DNA from: an uncultured bacterium
GTDB taxonomy: Bacteria > Cloacimonadota > Cloacimonadia > Cloacimonadales > TCS61
Direction of reading: 5' to 3'
NCBI GenBank assembly: GCA_963981005.1
Contig: CAXCCM010000002.1
Location: 1 to 41,855, forward strand
DNA length: 41,855 bases
A program made the translations under genes and the position numbers. The notes under the pieces are model-generated. The model saw only the letters and a program-made list of their open reading frames with translations, was not told where the DNA came from and did not search any database. This document shows, in pieces, positions 9,660 through 19,604 of this stretch (positions are counted from its first letter, which is position 1; each line of letters opens with the position of its first letter).

Positions 9660-9771
9660 TAATATTCCTTTATTAAACTCTAATTTTTTTATCATTGTCT
9701 GTAAGAAACTTTATAGTTTTACTTATCGAATCATTACCTAACCAAAATAAGTGTCCATATTCATTATTCCA

Positions 9772-10497
9772 TTATGTTGATGCCACATTATAAATCACGG
9801 GCATTTGCCCCTTCCACTTATTCCATAAATTTTCTTCCGTGATCAAATTAGCCATGAAGTGAGCAACATTAATTCTACTTGTTTTGCCAGCATCAAATAT
9901 TGGACTTCTTATGGGTGAAGAATGAACTGTATATTCTGAGACTTCAACTTCATTAATTAATGTATCAGGCCTTACCGCAATCCATTCAATAATTTTATTA
10001 CGCATACTTATCGTGTCGAATAAATATTCTATTGCTGATTCATTATCTCGTTGCGGTGGTGATAAAAATCGCATAATCTTCATTACTAAATTCTCTTTTT
10101 TATTGAATTTCTCATTCTGTAATTTATTGATGCACGCTGTAGTGTTCATCAATATTATTTTTATAGTTCTATTTGTACTTATATCATTAACAATACTAAT
10201 AACCCTAATCAATGAATCAGTTACGAGCTTGTAGGGTTTCCCTAATATTCCCTTTATCGAAAGATTATGACCTAGACAGAATATTACGGCATCAACATTA
10301 TTTAAACATTGTTTCAACTCTTTATTATCAATTTCTAATATGCTTGCATTTATTATTTCTAAGCGCTCGCTACTTTTTATAGAATCAAATTTTTCTACAT
10401 TTCTTGTAAATGCTTTAACACTAATACCACGTTTCAATAATTGTGTAACGACGTTAAACCCCGTAGCTCCATTAGCGCCTAATACTAAGACTTTCAT
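9772..10497 (-). CDS. NAD(P)H-binding Rossmann-fold oxidoreductase (NmrA/BVR-B-like), paralog 1
   Basis: MKVLVLGANGATG dinucleotide-binding motif and an AAGGAGA RBS. It shares about 45% identity by eye with 16940..17671, including PDTLINE and GQMPVIYN. Confidence 0.7.
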   Translation of the reverse strand: MKVLVLGANGATGFNVVTQLLKRGISVKAFTRNVEKFDSIKSSERLEIINASILEIDNKELKQCLNNVDAVIFCLGHNLSIKGILGKPYKLVTDSLIRVISIVNDISTNRTIKIILMNTTACINKLQNEKFNKKENLVMKIMRFLSPPQRDNESAIEYLFDTISMRNKIIEWIAVRPDTLINEVEVSEYTVHSSPIRSPIFDAGKTSRINVAHFMANLITEENLWNKWKGQMPVIYNVAST

Positions 10498-10540
10498 ATA
10501 AGCTATCTCCTTCTAATGTTTGTGACATACTGTAGTTGTC

Positions 10541-12178
10541 TTAAATTTTCTTCGCTCTGATTGAATACATATGAGGAATCTTACTTCCATATTTATTAGA
10601 AACCCACCTGCCTTTTTCAATTTCTGTTAGGTTAGGAAAACAATTATAAACTTGATAAGGGAATTCATTAAAAAACTCTATTTTCAATCCATTTGAGATT
10701 AAACTATTTAATACTTCACTTAAACTATGGTGCCACTCAATGTGTTTTAGGTTTTTATTAGAAACCTCAGACTTATCAGTATAAGATTTTTCAATAGCTG
10801 TTTCAAGTGCTTGTGATTTAAAATAACTATCAGATATCTCAGAATTGTTGTTAAGCGTGTAAATGAATGGATGAAATTCCACCATATAAAATATTCCATT
10901 AGGTTTCAAATAACGACTTATAATCTTCGCCCACTTATCAAGATCATTCAACCAATTAATTGCTCCATACGATGTATAAACAATATCAAAAGTCTCATTT
11001 AAAACACTCTCAATATCATATATATTTGAACGCACAAATCTTGCTGAAACTTTCAATTCATTTGATAATTCAGTAGCTTTTTGTATCGAAATATCAGATA
11101 TATCAACTCCCACGACTTCAGCGCCTTGTCTAGCTAATGATAAAGTGTCCATCCCAAAGTGACACTGAAGGTGAAGAAGCCTCTTCCCTTTTATGTCTCC
11201 TAATTCATTAATTTCAATTTGATTTAGCGAAGTTTTTCCTTTCTTAAAACTATCAATATCATAGAAGATAGAGTTTGCGTGTAAAGTTGTTAGTTCATTC
11301 CAGCTCTTCCTATTATGTTCAAAACTATCCATATTGATTTTCTTATTTTTATGCTTTTGTATTTTCAAAAGTTTACTCATATTTTCCCCAAGTATTAAAT
11401 CCTTTTCTTCAGTTGAAATATCAAGATTTCTTATTCTATCAATATTATTCTGCAAGTTGTCTTTCCCATAAGGTGTATCAGTTCCAAATGTAATATTTGC
11501 TGCTCCTACAAATTTTATTGCATCTATAAATCTTTTAGTAGATGTAAGTTGTGATGTTGATGTGTCAAAATAAAGATTACTATCTTTGAAGTTATCTTTT
11601 ATAAATAATTCTAATCCAAATAGATGTGCAATAATTAGTTTCAACTTCGGATGTTCTTTTTTATATTCAATGAGATGTTTTACATCATTATCAGAGTACA
11701 AATGAATAAATAAAGGCAAATCTTTCTTTTCTGCCCACTCGGCAATAGTTCTGAAAAAGTCTGAATCTACAGAATAGTCTTCCCAACACTGATGAAGTTT
11801 TACACCTTTAAAATTCCATTCTGTAAGCTTCTCATTTAAATATTCTGTCGGATTATCTATTTGTTGCGTAATCCAAATAAATTGAATCACTCTTCCATTT
11901 GTTCTCTGTGTTAAATTGTAAACATACTCATTTCCTTTTGGTATTTGCTTAACTGTTCCAGTAATTCTCATTACAAATTTAGTTAATAGGTTTGTAATTT
12001 TAACCACATTTTTTGTTGGAAATAGTTTTGCCAAATTTGGTAAAGAGTAATTTTTCGTACTTTCCAATTCCCCAGGTACAAGTATTACTTTATCTACACC
12101 AGATTTATCCAGATTCTTAATAATACTTTCTGGATTAATATAATCTCCTGCAGCATGTGCATGCCCATCTATAATCAT
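10541..12178 (-). CDS. Fusion protein: metal-dependent amidohydrolase (TIM barrel) plus class I SAM-dependent methyltransferase
   Basis: The N-terminus has MIIDGHAHA ... FGTDTPYG. The C-terminus has LLHLQCHFGMDTLSLARQGAEVVGVDISD (motif I) and FDIVYTSYGAINWL. AAGGAG RBS. Confidence 0.7.
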   Translation of the reverse strand: MIIDGHAHAAGDYINPESIIKNLDKSGVDKVILVPGELESTKNYSLPNLAKLFPTKNVVKITNLLTKFVMRITGTVKQIPKGNEYVYNLTQRTNGRVIQFIWITQQIDNPTEYLNEKLTEWNFKGVKLHQCWEDYSVDSDFFRTIAEWAEKKDLPLFIHLYSDNDVKHLIEYKKEHPKLKLIIAHLFGLELFIKDNFKDSNLYFDTSTSQLTSTKRFIDAIKFVGAANITFGTDTPYGKDNLQNNIDRIRNLDISTEEKDLILGENMSKLLKIQKHKNKKINMDSFEHNRKSWNELTTLHANSIFYDIDSFKKGKTSLNQIEINELGDIKGKRLLHLQCHFGMDTLSLARQGAEVVGVDISDISIQKATELSNELKVSARFVRSNIYDIESVLNETFDIVYTSYGAINWLNDLDKWAKIISRYLKPNGIFYMVEFHPFIYTLNNNSEISDSYFKSQALETAIEKSYTDKSEVSNKNLKHIEWHHSLSEVLNSLISNGLKIEFFNEFPYQVYNCFPNLTEIEKGRWVSNKYGSKIPHMYSIRAKKI

Positions 12179-12232
12179 TATTGCTCCTTTTTGACTTTGA
12201 TACAGTAAATGTTTCTTTTGTTGTTACTTGTT

Positions 12233-13177
12233 TTAATTTGAAATTACCTCTCCTTCATAAACAGTAGAATAGGCATTCCAATTGGGATTACCACCTACAG
12301 TTCCACCAATTACATAAATTTTATTTCCTATACTTACGCAACCGAAAAACACGTTTTTGGCTGGCAAAGAAGTAGTTTCTACCCAGCTGTCTGTTTCAGG
12401 CTTATAAATCAGAACCTTATCGGAACAATCATTTTTTCCATGTATCAAAGTCTGCCCACCCAAGACAAAGAGTTCACCATTCACCACAATAGAAGCCGGT
12501 TTAAAAAGTAGAAGTGGTAGATCGTTTTTTTGTTCCCATCTATCTGATTTCACATTATAAGTCTCGACTGTCCAAACATCACCCCAAACATCTTCCTTAG
12601 TACCTGCACCACCAATTACATAAATCAAAGAATCCATTGTTACAACTGCAGCATTATTCCTTAATGAAGGAATGTCTGCTCTCTCTACCCAGGAATTGGA
12701 TTGGACATTATATGCTTCATGTTTTTTTGTAATACTTTGCCAAGAAGTAAGACCTCCCATAACATAAATTTCATCACCAAAAACACCACAGTCTACGTGT
12801 TGTCTACCTGTCGGCATTGGTTCTAAGATTTTCCAGCTGTCTGTATCGGGGCTATATTCACGATTTGTATTTTGGAACAAATCACCACCTATGGCATAGA
12901 TCTTGCCATTAACAGCTGCTAAAGCCAAGTTGAATGTTGAGTTTGGGATATCTGCTAGTTGAATCCATTCATTCATTTTAGGATTGAATTTGAAAAGAAA
13001 TGGTACTTTTGCTTTGTCAGTTCGCCCTGCGACAAAATATATTTCATTTTCCAGAGTAACTGCATCACCAAGATAATAACCTTCTGGTAATGAGGCTAAT
13101 TCTTTCCATGCTATGGTTTGGGCAAAAGATGAACATATAACAATAAGTATTGCCAATGTAACTATTAATTTTTTCAT
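12233..13177 (-). CDS. Secreted Kelch-repeat beta-propeller protein
   Basis: Signal peptide ending SSFAQ. Repeated (I/L)Y(V/A)(I/M/L)GG blades are present (GKIYAIGG, DEIYVMGG, SLIYVIGG, GELFVLGG, NKIYVIGG). The start overlaps the upstream stop. Confidence 0.8.
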   Translation of the reverse strand: MKKLIVTLAILIVICSSFAQTIAWKELASLPEGYYLGDAVTLENEIYFVAGRTDKAKVPFLFKFNPKMNEWIQLADIPNSTFNLALAAVNGKIYAIGGDLFQNTNREYSPDTDSWKILEPMPTGRQHVDCGVFGDEIYVMGGLTSWQSITKKHEAYNVQSNSWVERADIPSLRNNAAVVTMDSLIYVIGGAGTKEDVWGDVWTVETYNVKSDRWEQKNDLPLLLFKPASIVVNGELFVLGGQTLIHGKNDCSDKVLIYKPETDSWVETTSLPAKNVFFGCVSIGNKIYVIGGTVGGNPNWNAYSTVYEGEVISN

Positions 13178-14352
13178 TTAATCTCCTTTAGATTTTGATC
13201 CATTTTGGCTATCTTGTTAGTCATTTCAACGCAAATACGATCAGTAACTCCAAAATCACACGAATTGGTAGCTACAACATAAGCTCTATCTATTGCAGGT
13301 GCGACCATAACTGCAGCATACCATATCTCATTACTTCCTCCATGTACTAGCACTATTCCTTTTGCCCATGGTTGTTCAGTCTGTTGGAATACCACCCATC
13401 CTGCTGCATAAAAACCAACAGGCTCAATTAACTTATTTAAAATTGTTCTATCAAGAAATGTGTTATCACCGGGTAATTGAAGAGATATAAATTTAGCCCA
13501 ATCTTCTATGCTGCAATGAATACGACCGGCAGGACTTATAGCTTCATTATAATATGCCCTACTGGGCTTCCATCTGTTTCCAATCCATGATTTTTTATGC
13601 CCCCAGGGTTGATCTGTTGAATTATTTTTTAAGGGATCACCGATACCGGCAGTTGTCATTCCAAGTGGTTCAAACAAGCGTTCTTTAATTAAAGTTTCCC
13701 AGCTTAAACCTGTTACTTGTTCTGCCATACAAGCAGCTATAATGTATCCGAAATTAGAATAATACCATTCTCCAACAGTATTTGCCGGAGCAAAAATTAT
13801 ATTATCCTTCAATAAAGAAAGTCGTCTTTCTTTGATCTCTAAATTAGTATGTGCTAACTCGTCTATAGGATTTTTAGGAAGACCTGCTCGATGAGTCAAT
13901 AATTGCCAAAGAGTTATATTTTCAAAACCAGCATGTATGTTATTCTTTAATTCAGGGATGGCTTCAATCAATTTCATATCCCAGCTTAATTTGCCATCCT
14001 CTACAAGAGTTGCAAGCATTGTAGCTGTCATCGCTTTTGCGCATGATCCAATATGAACAAGGTCTTCATCGGTCATAGCCACATTAGTGCCAGCTTTACG
14101 AACTCCCGCTGATCCAATAGCAAGAACACTATCACTAGAAATAATTGCAGCTATCATTCCGGGTGCATTTCCTTCTTTTACAATTTCAGATAGAGCTTTG
14201 CTAATCAGCTCATTTTTGTTAGATTCCAATTTATCTTGAGCGTAACTAGGAATAGTCGTAACTATAGAAGTTGCCATTAATATTACAGGTAGTATTAAAT
14301 ACTGAAACCTGTTTTTGAAGTTGTTTATTTTTAACATAATTATCTGGATCAC
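13174..14352 (-). CDS. Secreted serine hydrolase of the class C beta-lactamase / PBP4*-like fold
   Basis: SxxK (SCAK), YxN (YSN) and an HGG third motif, plus a signal peptide ending SYAQD. The start could instead be the ATG at 14337. Confidence 0.75.
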   Translation of the reverse strand: MIQIIMLKINNFKNRFQYLILPVILMATSIVTTIPSYAQDKLESNKNELISKALSEIVKEGNAPGMIAAIISSDSVLAIGSAGVRKAGTNVAMTDEDLVHIGSCAKAMTATMLATLVEDGKLSWDMKLIEAIPELKNNIHAGFENITLWQLLTHRAGLPKNPIDELAHTNLEIKERRLSLLKDNIIFAPANTVGEWYYSNFGYIIAACMAEQVTGLSWETLIKERLFEPLGMTTAGIGDPLKNNSTDQPWGHKKSWIGNRWKPSRAYYNEAISPAGRIHCSIEDWAKFISLQLPGDNTFLDRTILNKLIEPVGFYAAGWVVFQQTEQPWAKGIVLVHGGSNEIWYAAVMVAPAIDRAYVVATNSCDFGVTDRICVEMTNKIAKMDQNLKEIK

Positions 14353-14373
14353 CTTGGTCTAGACTACCCTTAT

Positions 14374-16884
14374 CTATTTATTAATGATAATATTTTGCAT
14401 TGGTTCTTCAAGAATTGTAACTTCCGGCAGACTGTCTTTCAATATCTCTATTGTCTTTAAAACCTCATTCTCTCCATCTTTATTGAACATAGAGAAATGC
14501 CCTAATATGATATGTTTTGGCTTTAAATAATTTTTTATTATTTCAATCCCCGGGCTATTGTCTCCCCATAAAAACCCACGATTAATAATTGCTAAATCAA
14601 TTGTTGAATTTTTTATTCCTGATAAATCATATTCCATCTCTCCACTCACAAGACTTCCTTCCCAGGCGTTTCCACATGCATCACCACCAATAAATATATT
14701 CATTCCTTCAATTGTAAATAGGAAACCAAGATTTTTGCTAGTACCGTTTCCATCAGCATGTCTTAATCTGAATACTTTTACATCTATTCCGCTAGCTTCT
14801 ATGCTGATAGATCTATATAAATCTGGTAATACTTCTTTTACACGGCATGTATCTGCTTTGTTTTCCAAAGCCATTTTCAATCTCTCTGATGTTTTGTTGT
14901 TGCAAATTACATTTAATTTATCGCTATTTATCATATATTCCGCAACCATATCAGGTGAGAAATGATCACCATGATCATGTGTAATAAGCATAAGATCCGC
15001 AGAGTTAAAAGGTTCTTCATGTTTGTTCATTTTTTTTACAATTTGCTTTGAAGGTGTTAAATATGAATCAAATCCCTGCTCAAAAAGAGCATCAACTATA
15101 ACAGTTTTATTGGCAGATGAGATCATATAACCCATATTAGCTATATATGTAACTTTGATTTCTGCTTTTCCTACTCCATTAAAGTTGATAGATCTTTCTT
15201 TTGATAATTTACCCCCTGTATTTTTAAGGTAATCAAAAATATCTTCATTTCCCCAATCTTGGGCTATGCTCAATGCAGTTCTTCCAGTGTTATCAACTGC
15301 ATTGATATCAGTTTCACGATCTATCAATAATTTTGTTAACTTTTTATAATTATGCATTACCGAATAATGCAATGCTGTTTTATTTAAACTATCAACTGCA
15401 TTAACATCAGCACCTTTTTCTACTAATTTTTTGATAATTGCATAATCACCACCAATTACTGCATTATGCAGGAAACTTCTTCCTATTTTATCTTTATTGT
15501 TAAAATCAGTGCATTCCTTTAATAATGTTTTTGCAACATTTGTTTGACCATTTGATAAAGATATGTGCAGCAATTTGTTTATCTCATGTTTATCATCAGG
15601 AAATTTCGCTCCTTTCTTCAAGATCAAATCTGCTATCTCTTTATTATTACCTTCTATTGCAGTTACCAGAGCAGTTTTCTCATTGTTATCAACTAAGTTT
15701 AAATCGGCTCCAGCATTTATTAAATACTCACTGATATCATTTGAATTGCTTCTCAAAGTTATGTGTAAAGCTGTTTCCATATTATTATTTTGGATATCAA
15801 TATTTGCGCCGTTTTTTACCAATTTTTTTACAAGGGATAAATCTCTATGTCTTAGAGACATTATTAAAGCATCAATTTTTGTTGTAGGATTTTGATAATT
15901 TATATCAGCTTTATTTTCTAATAAAAAATCACTTATCTCATTTTTTCTGTAATATATTGCAAAAATGAGTGGAGTATATCCAGAATTTGTCGAATCAACA
16001 AGACCGGGATTTTCTTTAACTAGATCTTTTACTTCTGCAATATTTCCATCCCTGATTAAAGTAAATATTGTCTGTGGTTGTTGTATCTCTTCTACATCTT
16101 CAAATATAAATTCAATTCCTCTGTAGACATCAGTATATGGAACATGTCCTTCGCCTTCTAATTCTTCCATTTTCCACTTTAGGCCTTTTGGTGCGTTGTT
16201 TTCTAAAAGTTTTCGTAGTGAAGGCATAGTCGTAATCACAGAATTATAATCCTTTTCACCATAAACAATATATACTTTTTTGTTAAGATTTTCTATGGCC
16301 TTAAATAATTCAGTAGTTTGATTTAAGACATAATTATTTTCATAACCCAGCATTGGGCTACTCAATATGTAGGATGAAAACAGATCAGGATCAGTATTTA
16401 GAATATAGGTTGCAAACATTCCAGTATTAGAAAATCCAGCAACAATTCTTTGAGAATCTGTTTTATATTCTTTCTCTATATAAGGAATTATTTCTTTCTT
16501 TATAGATTTCAGAAATTTTTTACCCACAGCTTTATTTTCAGGATTTCTGGTAATTTTAAAAGGGAAAACTTCTCCTCTACTTCCATCATCACAAATTCCT
16601 ACAATAATCATTTCCGGAATTCCGTTACTCCCGCCCAAATCTCTGGCAGCAGAATATACGCGTTCAAAAGAGAATTGAGGATAAAGTACATAAAGCACAG
16701 GATATGTTTTTAACGTATCATACACATCGGGTAAACTAATCATTAGTTCTCTTTCATTACCATAAACTTCCGAATCAAAGGAAATTCTTTTTCCTATTGA
16801 TATATCCTTGTTTGTTTGAGCTTGTAATTGTGCAAAGCTAAAATAGAATAATCCTACTAATACTAAAAATAGCGTTCTTTTCAT
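14374..16884 (-). CDS. Secreted tri-domain protein: alpha/beta esterase, ankyrin repeats and an MBL-fold hydrolase
   Basis: Signal peptide ending LQAQ. The esterase part has YPVLYVL..GFSNTG (GxSxG). There are at least 6 ankyrin repeats (GYTPLIFAI.., ETALHITL.., KTALVTAI.., RSFLHNAV.., KTALHYSV.., RTALSIA). The C-terminus has ITHDHGDHF (HxHxDH). Confidence 0.8.
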   Translation of the reverse strand: MKRTLFLVLVGLFYFSFAQLQAQTNKDISIGKRISFDSEVYGNERELMISLPDVYDTLKTYPVLYVLYPQFSFERVYSAARDLGGSNGIPEMIIVGICDDGSRGEVFPFKITRNPENKAVGKKFLKSIKKEIIPYIEKEYKTDSQRIVAGFSNTGMFATYILNTDPDLFSSYILSSPMLGYENNYVLNQTTELFKAIENLNKKVYIVYGEKDYNSVITTMPSLRKLLENNAPKGLKWKMEELEGEGHVPYTDVYRGIEFIFEDVEEIQQPQTIFTLIRDGNIAEVKDLVKENPGLVDSTNSGYTPLIFAIYYRKNEISDFLLENKADINYQNPTTKIDALIMSLRHRDLSLVKKLVKNGANIDIQNNNMETALHITLRSNSNDISEYLINAGADLNLVDNNEKTALVTAIEGNNKEIADLILKKGAKFPDDKHEINKLLHISLSNGQTNVAKTLLKECTDFNNKDKIGRSFLHNAVIGGDYAIIKKLVEKGADVNAVDSLNKTALHYSVMHNYKKLTKLLIDRETDINAVDNTGRTALSIAQDWGNEDIFDYLKNTGGKLSKERSINFNGVGKAEIKVTYIANMGYMISSANKTVIVDALFEQGFDSYLTPSKQIVKKMNKHEEPFNSADLMLITHDHGDHFSPDMVAEYMINSDKLNVICNNKTSERLKMALENKADTCRVKEVLPDLYRSISIEASGIDVKVFRLRHADGNGTSKNLGFLFTIEGMNIFIGGDACGNAWEGSLVSGEMEYDLSGIKNSTIDLAIINRGFLWGDNSPGIEIIKNYLKPKHIILGHFSMFNKDGENEVLKTIEILKDSLPEVTILEEPMQNIIINK

Positions 16885-16939
16885 TTTAATTCCTTTCGTT
16901 TTTTGTTTTAATTACATAAACATTTAAGTAGAAACCTAA

Positions 16940-17671
16940 CTAATCTTCATTATTGTAGATCACCGGCATTTGACCTTGCCACTTCTTCCATAAATCTGGT
17001 TCCATTAGAAGCCTGGCCATGAAATTACCTACATTTATTCTACTTGTTCTACCTGGGTCAAATACAGCGCTCCTTATGGGTGAACGGTATATCTGATATT
17101 CTGTTACGATATCTTCATTTATTAAAGTGTCTGGTCGAATAGACACCCATTCAATGAATTTATTATTCTGTCCGATTCTCAATCTTAAATAATCTGCAGC
17201 AGCTTCATTATCACGGTGAGGTGGAAGAAGCAGATGGATTAAGCTAAACACGATTTTTTGCCCCAACGATGTTAGCTCAGCAAGATCTTTGTTACGCACA
17301 GCTGTAGTATTCATCAAAACAAATTTAACCGGTTTTTGGGAAGAACCTGTTTCGATAGCTTCACATAACAATCTAACCGAGTCAGTCACCAGTTTTCTGG
17401 GATTGCCGAACATGCCTTTAAAGGTAAGGTTATGACCCAGGCAAGAGGCAACTGAATTACAATCAATCAAAAAGCTCTGGATTTCCTCTAAAGTAAGCTC
17501 AGAAATTGAAGCTTTAATCACAGTTACTTTCTTATTAGTCTGCCATTTATCAGCTACTTCACTGGTGGGACGGATAACCACTTTTACGTCTTGCCCCATC
17601 TTTAGCAGCTGCTCTACCAACTGCTTTCCTGTAACGCCACTGGCACCTAATACTAATGTTTTCATACTCAT
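16940..17671 (-). CDS. NAD(P)H-binding Rossmann-fold oxidoreductase, paralog 2
   Basis: LVLGASGVTG motif. It is collinear with 9772..10497 along its whole length. Confidence 0.7.
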   Translation of the reverse strand: MSMKTLVLGASGVTGKQLVEQLLKMGQDVKVVIRPTSEVADKWQTNKKVTVIKASISELTLEEIQSFLIDCNSVASCLGHNLTFKGMFGNPRKLVTDSVRLLCEAIETGSSQKPVKFVLMNTTAVRNKDLAELTSLGQKIVFSLIHLLLPPHRDNEAAADYLRLRIGQNNKFIEWVSIRPDTLINEDIVTEYQIYRSPIRSAVFDPGRTSRINVGNFMARLLMEPDLWKKWQGQMPVIYNNED

Positions 17672-17689
17672 ATTTACATTTCTCTTATA

Positions 17690-18625
17690 TTATTTTAAAC
17701 TTTCAGGTTTTCGTAACTTTCTAATTATATCAGTAGAAACCCAGAAGAAATCCTGTCCTGGTGTATGTCTCATAAAGAACATGTATTTCCCATCAGGAGA
17801 GACTGTAGGAAAGCGCTCTCTCAAATCGGTATTAACTTTATCTCCCATATTGATTGGATACCCCCATTTATCATCGTCAGTTTTAAAACTAATATACAAA
17901 TCAACATCACCAAATCCACCCTCATGCATCGCTGCAAAAATTACATATTCTTCCTTTGGAGACATATAGAAATTCCATACCGGACGAAATTCCTTATGTA
18001 TGATAACACTATCTGCAAAAGTGAAATTATTATTATTATATGTGTATTTAGAAATCTTGCCGAAAAGGTTCTTATAGACAATTCCTTTGTTGGAGAATAT
18101 TGGGTTATAATCCTTATCTTCGGTATTATATGGTTGTCCAACATCTACTGGTTTATCACTCCATTTGCCATCTATCTTTTCAATGTAATAGGTGTTCATG
18201 TCGGATGAAACCCAGGGACTTCTAACCTGGTAAAAGAATAATTTATTTCCATCTGGGGAGAATACAGGTCCGCCATTGAGTCCGTGCGGATTATTTTTTA
18301 TGAACGCGGCCAACTGGGGCTTAGACCAGATACCATTTTCAAATTTAGAATAAAATATCTGTTCAGTATTTTTGGATCCATCTTCTGATTTGTACTTTCC
18401 GGTCCAGGCTGACCAGTAAATCTCATCTCCTTGGGGAGAAATAGCAACCTGGCAGTGTTCTGCCCAAGTGGAATCTGATACAATACCGGGAGCAAAAACT
18501 TCAGGAATTAGCCCGGGTGGTGTAAGCCCAAAATAGGCATCTTTTGTTTCTATAAAATTCTTTTCTGTTTGAGTACAACTTACAAAGCTTAGTATTGCAA
18601 GCATTAACAATAATAGTTTTTTCAT
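17690..18625 (-). CDS. PD40/TolB-like beta-propeller lipoprotein
   Basis: Lipobox LSFVSC. Repeated SP(D/Q)G motifs are present (AISPQGDEIYWS, VFSPDGNKLFF, TVSPDGKYMFF). AAGGAAG RBS. Confidence 0.7.
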   Translation of the reverse strand: MKKLLLLMLAILSFVSCTQTEKNFIETKDAYFGLTPPGLIPEVFAPGIVSDSTWAEHCQVAISPQGDEIYWSAWTGKYKSEDGSKNTEQIFYSKFENGIWSKPQLAAFIKNNPHGLNGGPVFSPDGNKLFFYQVRSPWVSSDMNTYYIEKIDGKWSDKPVDVGQPYNTEDKDYNPIFSNKGIVYKNLFGKISKYTYNNNNFTFADSVIIHKEFRPVWNFYMSPKEEYVIFAAMHEGGFGDVDLYISFKTDDDKWGYPINMGDKVNTDLRERFPTVSPDGKYMFFMRHTPGQDFFWVSTDIIRKLRKPESLK

Positions 18626-18639
18626 TTTTCAATCTTCCT

Positions 18640-19602
18640 TTAAATTTTTCGATTAACAATAGGTTTTTGCTCAACTTCTAAATCACAAATGTATGGATCG
18701 TGACTAGGGTAAAACAAGTGTGTTTTTGACAGGATGTCCACCCTTCCTCTGCCGGTTTTGTTGTTATTTAGTACTTCAATATTATACACAATTTCATGTG
18801 ATCTTATCAAACCATAACCTTCCACAATTCTACCAAATGTTTTAAAAGTTGGATCAACAGGGATCCATCCATAATTCTCTAAATAAAACTCCCCCCATGC
18901 ATGACGATAGGCAAAAACATGGCGTGCGGGAATATTCTTACATCTTAATAGGGACAATAAAACAGTTGATAGACCTCCACAATCTCCACCCTCATTTTTT
19001 AAAATTTCCAACGTTGTTTTTCCGTATCCGGATGTACTTTTAAACGTGAGGTTGTCATTAACATAGTCAAAACATTTTTTAGCATAAGCATATACATCAG
19101 TTGCATCTATCCAGAGTTCATCACTGATCTTTTTTATAGTCGCATTTTCGATATCAATAATATCATAGTACTGTTTTGTATAGCGTTTGTAAATATCGGA
19201 AGTTGTATCGTATTCATAAATTCTATCTATATTTGCTGAAACATATTCTGTGTTTGAGGGTACATAGTCAAACTCAATCATCACTTCACCCCAATCACCT
19301 TCAGCCGGTTGTTGCTCAGGTGAAATAGTAAAGCGAACATAATTATCCGGAGAGTCTGGATTATCAAGTATCTCTCCGCTGTGTGTATCGATATTGGATA
19401 TCAGCTGATAATCATTATTACGTGGAAGCGGACAATAGATGAATTGTAAATTTTCTCCTGCCTTTACCTTCTTAAACTTTATTTTATGAGTATAACGATA
19501 AACCTGATCATCTATCGAATTATCAGTTGTTTCAGCGGTTAAACTATATGTCAGAAATACAAGAAAAAGTATGTTCAATAAATGTATTTTAAACTTTTTC
19601 AT
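18640..19602 (-). CDS. Secreted transglutaminase-like (papain-fold) protein
   Basis: Signal peptide, plus a Cys-His-Asp core: GGDCGGLS ... HAWGEFY ... GWIPVDPT. Confidence 0.75.
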   Translation of the reverse strand: MKKFKIHLLNILFLVFLTYSLTAETTDNSIDDQVYRYTHKIKFKKVKAGENLQFIYCPLPRNNDYQLISNIDTHSGEILDNPDSPDNYVRFTISPEQQPAEGDWGEVMIEFDYVPSNTEYVSANIDRIYEYDTTSDIYKRYTKQYYDIIDIENATIKKISDELWIDATDVYAYAKKCFDYVNDNLTFKSTSGYGKTTLEILKNEGGDCGGLSTVLLSLLRCKNIPARHVFAYRHAWGEFYLENYGWIPVDPTFKTFGRIVEGYGLIRSHEIVYNIEVLNNNKTGRGRVDILSKTHLFYPSHDPYICDLEVEQKPIVNRKI

Positions 19603-19604
19603 AT

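Noticed and set aside
9240-9695. The 151-aa ORF called as a single protein.
   Set aside because: It is a chimera. Only about 82 codons (9659 down to about 9408) look like a DUF4386 N-terminus. The rest is an antisense read-through of the direct repeat; the same NY.L..LFVCDLSIFSSH peptide appears antisense at 35149..35364.
9676-9771. A 31-codon frame that stays open, in the same frame, directly after the stop of the NAD(P)H-binding gene (possible read-through extension).
   Set aside because: The paralog at 16940..17671 ends at the equivalent position (..MPVIYNNED). The downstream frame has no recognisable motif, and an open stretch of that length is not significant.
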